From Chlorobiota bacterium (GTDB lineage Bacteria > Bacteroidota > Ignavibacteria > OLB7): a stretch of 64,000 nt of DNA. The stretch's first letter is position 1, and every line of letters begins with the position of its first letter. Positions 10,014 through 17,935 of this stretch are shown here, in pieces. The notes below the pieces were generated by a model that was given only the letters and a program-made list of their open reading frames with translations, had not been told where the DNA came from and made no database searches. A program made the translations under genes and the position numbers. Location of the stretch: assembly GCA_028287785.1 (NCBI GenBank), contig JAQBOZ010000020.1:66738-130737 (forward strand), written 5' to 3'.

Positions 10014-10260
10014 CGTAGAAACTCCAGAAAAGATATGTGTGGGTTGTTCTTCCGGGGAGCTGACCATCTCCATCGGATTGCCCGCGATGCCTGTTTGGAC
10101 CATCATCGTAGGCACCACAAATATACATGGGCACCACACCCTCCGCAAGAGGTTTTATGCTCTGAATGCAAAATATCTTTCGCCGATTATTCTTTTAACC
10201 GAATTCCTGAAATATTCAAGGAATAATACCCGCGTAACAATTGACCATTATTATCGGTTA
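10014..10260 (-). promoter_or_regulatory. AT-rich leader and promoter region upstream of the pilus operon
   Basis: Markedly AT-rich stretch (aaatatctttcgccgattattcttttaaccgaattcctgaaatattcaaggaataata) in otherwise GC-rich DNA, directly upstream of the first pilin gene. No specific -35/-10 elements were assigned. Confidence 0.3.
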
Positions 10261-10624
10261 CGGCCACGGAGACATACATGCCAGGATATCAGGCTCGCGC
10301 CGGAAGGCTTATGGCGGCATCGATGACAATCATGCACGACAATATTGACGGGCTGCTGAAGTACTCCCGGTCCTCAGGCTGTACGACAACAATCGCAGGG
10401 CAACTTTCCGCGCCACAGCGGGCGAGGTGACATTGTTCGATCTCACGTTCATGATGGTCCCTTCAATTCCATCGACGGATGATGCCTGTCGCGGGATCGG
10501 GTGAGATGGGGAGTGGCGGAAAGCGGTTATCGATTCGAATGATGAACGTGGTATGGCAGTTGCTTGATATCGATTATGATTCCCATGCGTCGCTCCCGCG
10601 CATCTTATTCCCGGAGATCGATCC

Positions 10625-10852
10625 ATGACGAACTTTTCGCTTTCGGCAACCCTCGCCGATGGTCAGAAGGTGGAACACAGCTTCCACGACTGCCATGACC
10701 TTATCCAGTGGCTGGCCGGCTACGGCATTGTCCCCGATATCTCAAGCGCGGAGATCACCGTGAGGACTGATGATGGCAAAACCGTCCATATCACTATCCC
10801 GAATGATGACAGCATGGAAGTACGCGCGCGAATCGATGATGAACCTGGGTAG
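10625..10852 (+). CDS. Small hypothetical protein (75 aa)
   Basis: Isolated ORF with no recognisable motif. Codon usage looks plausible. Confidence 0.3.
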   Translation: MTNFSLSATLADGQKVEHSFHDCHDLIQWLAGYGIVPDISSAEITVRTDDGKTVHITIPNDDSMEVRARIDDEPG

Positions 10853-10956
10853 ATACGCGGGTGGTGAGATGTCATGGAACCGGCAACGACGATGGCCCGC
10901 CCCGCCGGTCGGTGCCGGAGGTGATGCGGGCCATACGATTCGCCAAGAGAGTATCC

Positions 10957-11226
10957 TCAGACCGATGCGGGCTGTTTCGGCTTCCTGCCGCTCCAGAAGA
11001 GCCATCCTGCCAGCACCACGAAGACCGCCACCGCCGGGCCGATATATCCCAGCAGCCCCGGATGAAAATCGTTCTTCCATTCCTTCGTGGTGGTGCCGAA
11101 CAGGGGATCAACAACGTCAACCTGCACCTGCTCGACATTGTAGATATGAGCGCCGGTTGTCCACCAGTAGACCAGCAGCCCCAGGGCCACCAGCAGGCAA
11201 ATGATTGCGAGGATTCTTTTGTTCAT
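10957..11226 (-). CDS. Small membrane protein (two predicted TM helices), last gene of the Rieske/cytochrome-porin operon
   Basis: MNKRILAIICLLVALGLLVYWW... and ...GPAVAVFVVLAGWLFW hydrophobic segments. Only 4 bp downstream of the YceI gene on the same strand. Confidence 0.45.
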   Translation of the reverse strand: MNKRILAIICLLVALGLLVYWWTTGAHIYNVEQVQVDVVDPLFGTTTKEWKNDFHPGLLGYIGPAVAVFVVLAGWLFWSGRKPKQPASV

Positions 11227-11230
11227 GATA

Positions 11231-11884
11231 TTACAGGCCTGTTGATCCGAAGAGTTGCGCGGTTACCTGAATCTTTTCGCCAACCTTGCTCCCGATGGTC
11301 CCCTGTGCCCCCGATACGTTGTAATCGGCAAGCGCCACGTCGAATGTGGCGGAGATCATCACCAGATCGCCCGGCGCGCGCTTGCGCGTTTCGGCCGATT
11401 CATCCAGATAGGTGATCTTGAAGGGAACAGAGAGCGACTTCGTGACGCCGTGCATCGTGAACTTCCCGGTCGCCGTGCCGGTAGCGGAGTTCCCCGTCAC
11501 CTTTATGCCACTCACCGATCCGATCGTAAAGGAGAGCAGCGGATATTTCGCTCCATCCAGCCATTGCGCGCTCTGGATATGCGAGTCGCGCATGGCGTTG
11601 CCGCTCTTCATCGTGCTGACCGTTGCCCCGATCGTTCCGCGAATCGTGCCGAGATTCCTCGGATCGAGCGTGAGCGTGCCGCTTACCCCTTCCGCCGTTC
11701 CCTTCATGTTCTCCAGCGGCGCGTTGCTGACCCAGACGAACTGGTTCTTGGAGACCCGGTCGCTCAGCTTCACGGTTTTCACCCCGGAGGCGTTCACCGT
11801 CAGGCCCTGCGCCCCGGCAACGGAACCGCCGCATATTCCCATGGCAATCGTCAGCGCGATTGCCGACATCCTTGAAATCTTCAT
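11231..11884 (-). CDS. YceI-family periplasmic (polyisoprenoid-binding) protein
   Basis: Signal peptide. YceI-like core (MRDSHIQSAQWLDGAKYPLLSFTIGSV...KFTMHGVTKSLSVPFKIT). Confidence 0.8.
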   Translation of the reverse strand: MKISRMSAIALTIAMGICGGSVAGAQGLTVNASGVKTVKLSDRVSKNQFVWVSNAPLENMKGTAEGVSGTLTLDPRNLGTIRGTIGATVSTMKSGNAMRDSHIQSAQWLDGAKYPLLSFTIGSVSGIKVTGNSATGTATGKFTMHGVTKSLSVPFKITYLDESAETRKRAPGDLVMISATFDVALADYNVSGAQGTIGSKVGEKIQVTAQLFGSTGL

Positions 11885-11980
11885 CGGACCTTCCTCTATG
11901 TATTATACTTGATTGATTGCTGACGTCGTCTTCCGCTCGCCCATCACCATGCCGGTTGATGATGCACGGGCGGCACGCGA

Positions 11981-13192
11981 TCAGTAGAAGAGATGTACCT
12001 GGAGCGCGAACTGTCCCGAGGAGCTCACCGCGGTCTTCATATACCGGTATTCCGGACGAATCTCGAAATAGGGAAACACAAAGAGCTGGCTCCCGATCAC
12101 GTAGGAGTTTGCCTCGACCAACGGGGATTCCGCGGTTTCCCTGGCGGTTCCCCGTTCGTAGCGACCTTCCAGGTTCATCCACGGCGTCAACTGATAGGTT
12201 CCGTAGATCATCGTGCTTCCCAGCTTGTAGCCGGTGCCGGTGTGGGTGAACATCCCCTCACCGTAGATCGCCGCCCTGTCCGACAGACCCACCCCCGCGA
12301 ACGCGTTGATCATGGTGAACTCCCCGTTGGCGAGAAGCGAACCACCGACCATGCCGTTAAGCCCCTCATCGAGAAGCTGCGGCCAGTAGATCAGACGCCC
12401 CGAGAACGATGGCTTGGCGGAATCGACGCCGATATCGAAATTCTGGCCGAGGTTCCTGGCGGAGTAGACGCCGGCGTTCACCGTGAAATCGCGGGTTCCC
12501 TCGTAGGTCAGCTCGGCCCCCCACTCATTGTAGTTGGGGGGGAGAATCGGCAGCGTGCCGAACTCCGTGGTTTCCTGCCGGACGAACATCGTATGATCAT
12601 CCTGGCGGATGCCGACGCTCGGCTGGATATGCCCCACGCGGATCGATGGAAGCGTGATTCCCGGCTGGTACTGAACGGCAAGATCGAACGAGGATTGCCC
12701 CAGATAGGCCGGAACCGCCAGCTTGTCCCCAAGATATTTCTGATCGGCGAAATTGAAGCTCCCGTACATGGTCAGCTCATCGAACGGCTGAATGGCGATC
12801 GCCGGAGAAAGCTGCATCACCTTGATCTCCGACGATCCATCCTGCGCCCCGAAATTCGCGTACTGAACCCGCGCATCCAGCCCGACCGTGACAAGGCCAT
12901 TCCAGAAACTGTTGCTCTCCGCGGCAAAAAGGGAATCCAGACCGATCATCGATGGCTGAATGGCGCCGATCTCATTCATCGTGCTCCATCCCAGCTCGTT
13001 CCTGATGCCGCTTCCCTGCGGGTTGAAGTGGCACGCGGAACAGCGCGTGCCGGTCAGCAGCGAGAAACGGGGAAGCGCGCGGAGATGGACCGGAGCGGCC
13101 AACACCATGATAAACAGCAGGAGAAGCCCCGGACGGCCGCCACGTGGGCCGATATTCCGCGAGAGTTTGAGCGACATCATCGTTGTTTCCAT
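11981..13192 (-). CDS. Outer-membrane beta-barrel protein with an N-terminal CXXCH haem-binding motif; candidate Cyc2-like fused cytochrome-porin
   Basis: Signal peptide. CSACH motif within about 15 residues of the predicted mature N-terminus (TGTRCSACHFNPQG). Amphipathic beta-strand-rich body ending in aromatic ...QVHLFY. Size of 403 aa fits the smaller Cyc2 clade. The Cyc2 assignment is inference only. Confidence 0.5.
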   Translation of the reverse strand: METTMMSLKLSRNIGPRGGRPGLLLLFIMVLAAPVHLRALPRFSLLTGTRCSACHFNPQGSGIRNELGWSTMNEIGAIQPSMIGLDSLFAAESNSFWNGLVTVGLDARVQYANFGAQDGSSEIKVMQLSPAIAIQPFDELTMYGSFNFADQKYLGDKLAVPAYLGQSSFDLAVQYQPGITLPSIRVGHIQPSVGIRQDDHTMFVRQETTEFGTLPILPPNYNEWGAELTYEGTRDFTVNAGVYSARNLGQNFDIGVDSAKPSFSGRLIYWPQLLDEGLNGMVGGSLLANGEFTMINAFAGVGLSDRAAIYGEGMFTHTGTGYKLGSTMIYGTYQLTPWMNLEGRYERGTARETAESPLVEANSYVIGSQLFVFPYFEIRPEYRYMKTAVSSSGQFALQVHLFY

Positions 13193-13310
13193 GCTTGTTT
13201 CGGATTCGTTTCACGGATCTGCCGTATCGCGGGACGGCGAGCGGACCATTCCGTTACGAGCCGCCGGATGCAGTCCCCGCCCCTTCCGGGACATCCCGCC
13301 CGGGGCAGTC

Positions 13311-13793
13311 TCACCGGAATTTTATGGTCAGCATCTTCGTGGTATCGTCGAACGTGGAAGTGTACTGTCCCAGGGGAGAGCTGGCCGGCCCCTGCTTCAC
13401 CGCGCCGGTGATATCGAACTTCGAGCCGTGGCACGGGCAGGTCATGATGCCGCTGGAGCTTGGTGCCCCCACCTGGCAGTTATCGTGCGTGCATTGCATC
13501 GAGAGCACAAGATACGTCGTCGCCGTTTTCCGAACCACCAGCACGTTCTGCCCGTCGGTTCCCTGGTCCCCCACCACCACAGCCATGTTATCGGCGGTGA
13601 GCGAGGAGACATCGGCTGTAATCTGGGCGGGACCGTTCGGCGCGGTTGGCGAGCTTGAATCGGAGCATCCCTGAAGAACGGGGGCAATCGTCCCGATGAC
13701 CGTCAGCCCCACCATGGCGCTGGCACACTGCGAGAAGAACGAGCGCCTGCCCTCGCTTTCGATGATGGGGAGCTCTTTATTGTTTGAACACAT
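13311..13793 (-). CDS. Rieske [2Fe-2S] domain protein with TAT signal and probable lipobox
   Basis: Twin-arginine motif GRRSFF; probable lipobox VLQGC (Q at -2 is non-canonical). Rieske boxes CTHDNC and CPCHGS. First gene of the minus-strand operon. Confidence 0.8.
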   Translation of the reverse strand: MCSNNKELPIIESEGRRSFFSQCASAMVGLTVIGTIAPVLQGCSDSSSPTAPNGPAQITADVSSLTADNMAVVVGDQGTDGQNVLVVRKTATTYLVLSMQCTHDNCQVGAPSSSGIMTCPCHGSKFDITGAVKQGPASSPLGQYTSTFDDTTKMLTIKFR

Positions 13794-14232
13794 AAACTAC
13801 CTCGATAGAGTTTGGGGAGAATCGATATTACGCAGCACTCCTGTACGAAAGCTTAACAATGGGCGTAGACGCATCCGGAAAGATAGGATGATCTTTCCAA
13901 TCGTAACAGTCCTGAGGCCGTTCCTTGATAAAAGAAGATCGGGCTGGAATATCTCCGGGGAACCCGCCGGCGCGGATTGGACAGGCGAAGGATGCGACGA
14001 GGAAAGCGGGCCGGGAACTGTTATCGGGAGTGCTGTTCCCGACCCGCTGTACGTCCATGATCACCACGGAGCAATGAATGTGACGCGGCCGGAAATAGTT
14101 ACATCGCTCCGGTCGGCCGAAAGGTATGCGCGCATCTCCGGCACTCGCGTAATTTCCGGCCCCGCGGTATCGGCGGAGGCGGCCACGGGGAGAGGCACGG
14201 GGGGGAATCCATCATGTACGGGATCTGTTTTC

Positions 14233-14670
14233 ATGGCGATCTATTCACACGCGATAACGCTTATCACCGGGGAGACCATCCCCCTTTCCGCGCTCGAATT
14301 CTCAACCAGCAGAAGCGGGGGGCCGGGGGGACAGAACGTGAACAAGGTCGAGACGCGGGTGGAGATCCGTTTTCCGATCATCGGCTCGCAGTGGCTGGCG
14401 GAATCCACGCAGGAGCGGCTGGCGGTAAAACTCCGATCAAAAATCGATACATCCGGGGCGATTCGCGTGGCAAGCAGCATCGCCAGAACGCAGGGGGGAA
14501 ACAGGACCGCGGCGGTGGAACGGCTGGAGCGGCTTCTCAACAGCGCGCTGGAGCCCGAGAAGCCTCGCCTTGCCACGCGACCCACCTATGCATCGAAACA
14601 GCGGCGGGTGGAGATCAAGAAGAAGCACGCCGAAAAGAAATCATCGCGCCGGTCCGGCTGGGATGACTGA
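14233..14670 (+). CDS. arfB: Alternative ribosome-rescue factor ArfB (peptidyl-tRNA hydrolase, class I release-factor domain)
   Basis: GGQ motif in SGGPGGQNVNKVET. About 145 aa with a basic C-terminal tail (KQRRVEIKKKHAEKKSSRRS). The upstream part of track ORF 13696..14670 is non-coding. Confidence 0.8.
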   Translation: MAIYSHAITLITGETIPLSALEFSTSRSGGPGGQNVNKVETRVEIRFPIIGSQWLAESTQERLAVKLRSKIDTSGAIRVASSIARTQGGNRTAAVERLERLLNSALEPEKPRLATRPTYASKQRRVEIKKKHAEKKSSRRSGWDD

Positions 14671-14694
14671 TCCAACAACACGATATCGCTCAGC

Positions 14695-15234
14695 ATGAAC
14701 GCCGTCATCACGCTGCTGGATGAGGAATTCCAGCACCGGCTCAGAAAGATATGGTCCGGCCTCCGCAGGGATGTGGGAGGGACGGGGGTGGCAACAACCC
14801 CCTTTCCGCACTTCTCCTATCAGATCGCCGAACGCTACGATGTCGATTACGTCTCCGCGATCCTGGCGCGCGTGGCGGCCGGACAACGCCCGTTCGCCGT
14901 AAGGACGACCGGGCTCGGGATCTTCACCGGGAATCTCCCGGTCCTCTTCCTTTCACTGGTGAAGAGCATCGAGCTGATCAGGCTTCACGAGGAGATCTGG
15001 GAGGAGCTGCGCGGCGATGGCACCGACCTCTCCGATCTCTACCGGCCCGACCGCTGGACGCCCCATATCACGCTCTATCGAGGCTCCCCCGACAATCAGC
15101 GGCTCCCCGATATCGTCAGGGTTCTGAGCGGAGAGGACTTCACCGGCGAGATCATCGTCAACAACCTTTCGCTCATCTTCCGGAATGAGGGGGAGAAGGG
15201 GATTCGCGCGCGGCATCTGTTTCCCGACGCATAG
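14695..15234 (+). CDS. 2H phosphoesterase superfamily protein (LigT/ThpR-like 2'-5' RNA ligase family)
   Basis: Two H-x-[ST]-x motifs (PHFSY and PHITLY), about 180 aa. Confidence 0.6.
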   Translation: MNAVITLLDEEFQHRLRKIWSGLRRDVGGTGVATTPFPHFSYQIAERYDVDYVSAILARVAAGQRPFAVRTTGLGIFTGNLPVLFLSLVKSIELIRLHEEIWEELRGDGTDLSDLYRPDRWTPHITLYRGSPDNQRLPDIVRVLSGEDFTGEIIVNNLSLIFRNEGEKGIRARHLFPDA

Positions 15235-15257
15235 CCGGCGGGGAAGGGCGATCCCGT

Positions 15258-15567
15258 GAGTAGTGACTCAGGTTGGGATACGGCTCATGCTGTTCGGGCT
15301 CATCGAGGGCATTCGGCATCTCTCCTTCCAGCCCCATCGGGGCGTACCGGTTGTAGCGATGCCACGTCTTCGATGATCTGAAGCTCCATCGGTGAGTACC
15401 ATTTGGCAAGGATGCGGGGATGGTACGCTCCGATGGAGCTTGAGCGAAAAGATGGGAGCATCGTTGCTACAACCGGCGCGCTCCTACGGAGCTTGAAGAG
15501 TGAAGGAGGGATCGCCGCCCGATGATTGTTCAGCAGATGGAAGGCCGGATTCAACCTGAGTCACTAC
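15258..15567. repeat. About 310-bp palindromic MITE-like element, copy A, with 18-bp terminal inverted repeats
   Basis: TIRs gagtagtgactcaggttg (15258..15275) and caacctgagtcactactc (15550..15567). Internal nested hairpins: ccggttgtagc...gctacaaccgg outer stem and agctccatcgg...ccgatggagct inner stem. A second copy lies at 28232..28530. Confidence 0.6.
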
Positions 15568-15586
15568 TCAATTGGGAGAGAGAGGC

Positions 15587-17647
15587 TCAGGCCCCGGCCA
15601 TCGCGCCGCGCACCGATTCCAGCACCATCTCCGCCACATCCTTTACCACGACGTGGCCGTCGGGGTTGCTCGCCTTCACGCCATCGTTCATCATCGTCAT
15701 GCAGAACGGGCAGGCGGTGGCGACAATGTCAGCTCCGGTGGCGAGCGCCTCCTCGCTCCGCTCGATATTCACGCGCTTCCCCTCGGTCTCCTCCATGAAC
15801 ATCTGCCCGCCGCCGGCGCCGCAGCAGAAGCCACGGCTCTTGTTCCGCTCCATCTCCACCACCTCAAGGCCGGGGATATTCTCCAGCATGGCGCGCGGCG
15901 CCTCGTACTGGTTGTTGTAGCGACCCAGGTAGCAGCTATCGTGGAAGGTCACCTTTTCCTGCATCGGCGTCAGCGTCTTGAGCCGCCCGTCCTTCAGCAT
16001 GCCGTCGATAAAGGCGGTGTGATGAATCACCTCATACTCTCCGCCGAAATCGCCATACTCATTGAGCAGCGTATTGAAGCAGTGCGGGCAGCTCGTCACG
16101 ATCTTCTTCACGTTGTAGGCGTTCAGCGTCTCCACGTTCATCTGGATAAGGCTTTGCGCCAGATACTCGTTCCCCATGCGGCGCGCGGCATCGCCGTTGC
16201 ATTTCTCCTCGGTCCCCAGAATCCTGAACGATACGCCCGCGATCTCCATCAGCTCCGCGAACGCCCTTGTCACCTTCTTGTAGCGGTCATCGTAGCTGCC
16301 GGCGCATCCCACCCAGAAGAGGACATCGATATTCTCCCGTTCCTCCTCCGGCGTCTCCTCCATCGTCTTCACGTTGGTCCCCTCCGTCCAGTCCGCCCGC
16401 TCGCTGGCGGAGAAGGCCCACGGCGTGAAGTTGTTCTCCATGTTCTGGAACGCCGGCTGGATTTCCGCCGGGAACTCCGCCTGCATCATCACCAGCGAAC
16501 GGCGCAGATCGACAATGGCCGGCACATGCTCGATCATCACCGGGCACTCCTGAACGCACGCCATGCAGGTTGTGCACTGCCAGAGCGCCTCCGGGGAGAT
16601 GTAATCGCCGATCAGGCTCTTCGACATCACGTCGACGTTCCGGCTTTCATTCAGCCCGGCGTTGGTGGCCTCCCCCTCGCCGAGCGTGGCCGGCGTTTTC
16701 TCGCCAACCATCAGCGGCGCGCGGTCCATCGTGCGATGATGGGTCTGGATGATGATCTGCTTGGGATCGAGCACCTTGCCGGTGATATTTGCCGGACAGA
16801 CCGATGTACACCGGCCGCAGTGCGTGCAGGTCATGCCGTCCAGAAGCTGCTTCCATGTGAAATCCTCGACATCGCTCACACCGAACTTCTCAAGCCCCTC
16901 CTCCTCGAAGTCGATCTTCTGGAGCTTGTTCACGGTGCTCAGCGTCCCGAAGTAGACATTCGGGATGGAGGTCATCACGTGGAGATGCTTGGAGTACGGG
17001 AGGTAGTTCATAAAGCCGAGGATGGTGACGATATGGAGCCACCACATGCTCTCGTAGATCATCGCCGCCGTCCGGGGATCGCTCAACGCGCCGTGGAACA
17101 GCGCGCCGACCGGGCGGACGGCCCATCCGGACTCCACGCCGGTGCCGGCGCGCGCCGCGTTCATCAGGAGGAGCGATGTGACGATGATGCCGATCAGCCC
17201 GAGGATCAGCGTGGCATCCTTCTTCTCCGGAAGATCCCCCTGAAGTCGCTTCACCTTGGTGACGTACCGTCGCCAGAGCGCCCAAACCACCCCCACCAGG
17301 ATCAGCACGCAGAAGAGATCCTGCGAGATGGTGAGGACCGAGTAGATGGGTCCCAGCCAGCCGAGACCGCCGCCGGGGAACAGCCCCTCCAGCACCGACT
17401 CGACCACGGCGGCCAGCAGCACCAGAAAGCCCCAGAAGATGGCAGCGTGGATGGCGCCGGCAATCGGCTCCCGCATCAGCTTGGACTGACCGATGGCGAC
17501 CACGAGGACATTTTTTATCCGGGCGGCGATATCGCCGAAGCGGTTCTCCTTCTTTCCGATCCTGAGATAGCCGATGAGGCGCCGGGTGTTCCAGGCGATT
17601 CCCCCCATCGAGGCGATAAAGACGATCCAGAAAATGATATGCTTCAT
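15587..17647 (-). CDS. Membrane-anchored (Fe-S)-binding oxidoreductase: polytopic N-terminal domain fused to a 4Fe-4S ferredoxin and two CCG (HdrD/GlpC-type) domains
   Basis: N-terminal about 230 aa with 5-6 TM helices. CTHCGRCTSVCP and CTTCMACVQECP ferredoxin motifs. CCG-domain cysteines (WVGCAGSYD..., SCPHCFNTL, CCGAGGG, CPFCMTMM). Confidence 0.8.
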   Translation of the reverse strand: MKHIIFWIVFIASMGGIAWNTRRLIGYLRIGKKENRFGDIAARIKNVLVVAIGQSKLMREPIAGAIHAAIFWGFLVLLAAVVESVLEGLFPGGGLGWLGPIYSVLTISQDLFCVLILVGVVWALWRRYVTKVKRLQGDLPEKKDATLILGLIGIIVTSLLLMNAARAGTGVESGWAVRPVGALFHGALSDPRTAAMIYESMWWLHIVTILGFMNYLPYSKHLHVMTSIPNVYFGTLSTVNKLQKIDFEEEGLEKFGVSDVEDFTWKQLLDGMTCTHCGRCTSVCPANITGKVLDPKQIIIQTHHRTMDRAPLMVGEKTPATLGEGEATNAGLNESRNVDVMSKSLIGDYISPEALWQCTTCMACVQECPVMIEHVPAIVDLRRSLVMMQAEFPAEIQPAFQNMENNFTPWAFSASERADWTEGTNVKTMEETPEEERENIDVLFWVGCAGSYDDRYKKVTRAFAELMEIAGVSFRILGTEEKCNGDAARRMGNEYLAQSLIQMNVETLNAYNVKKIVTSCPHCFNTLLNEYGDFGGEYEVIHHTAFIDGMLKDGRLKTLTPMQEKVTFHDSCYLGRYNNQYEAPRAMLENIPGLEVVEMERNKSRGFCCGAGGGQMFMEETEGKRVNIERSEEALATGADIVATACPFCMTMMNDGVKASNPDGHVVVKDVAEMVLESVRGAMAGA

Positions 17648-17935
17648 AGTTTCCGCGCTGTGTTCGGGAGCATGTCCCCAGGAGGTTCGATGGATGCGAT
17701 ATGACGGAAGGAGCAGATCCCGGGGTCGGGACGCTCCCGCTTTTTACATCAGAGCAAGTTAAGTTTTCGATGCCACGGGGAAAAGCGGCAGCAGCACATA
17801 ATAGATAACATTGTGAAAGTATGGCGCGAAGAATGCGCCTGGAATCAGCCCGTCCGGGGACAATCGGCTATTTTTGGTATCGGTAGCATCCTGTTTCCGG
17901 AATGGCAGGGATCACATCAGTCAATCGTCAATATC

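Noticed and set aside
11981-13192. MtrB/PioB-type decahaem-associated porin as an alternative identity for the CXXCH beta-barrel
   Set aside because: MtrB/PioB proteins are about 700-800 aa and have an N-terminal CXXC motif, not CXXCH, and no multihaem partner gene is nearby. A Cyc2-like fusion fits the size and motif better, though this remains inference.
15340-15480. Integron attC site as an explanation for the nested inverted repeats
   Set aside because: Outer stems (ccggttgtagc / ctacaaccgg) do not fit the RYYYAAC / GTTRRRY core sites. The elements have their own longer TIRs and no adjacent integrase.
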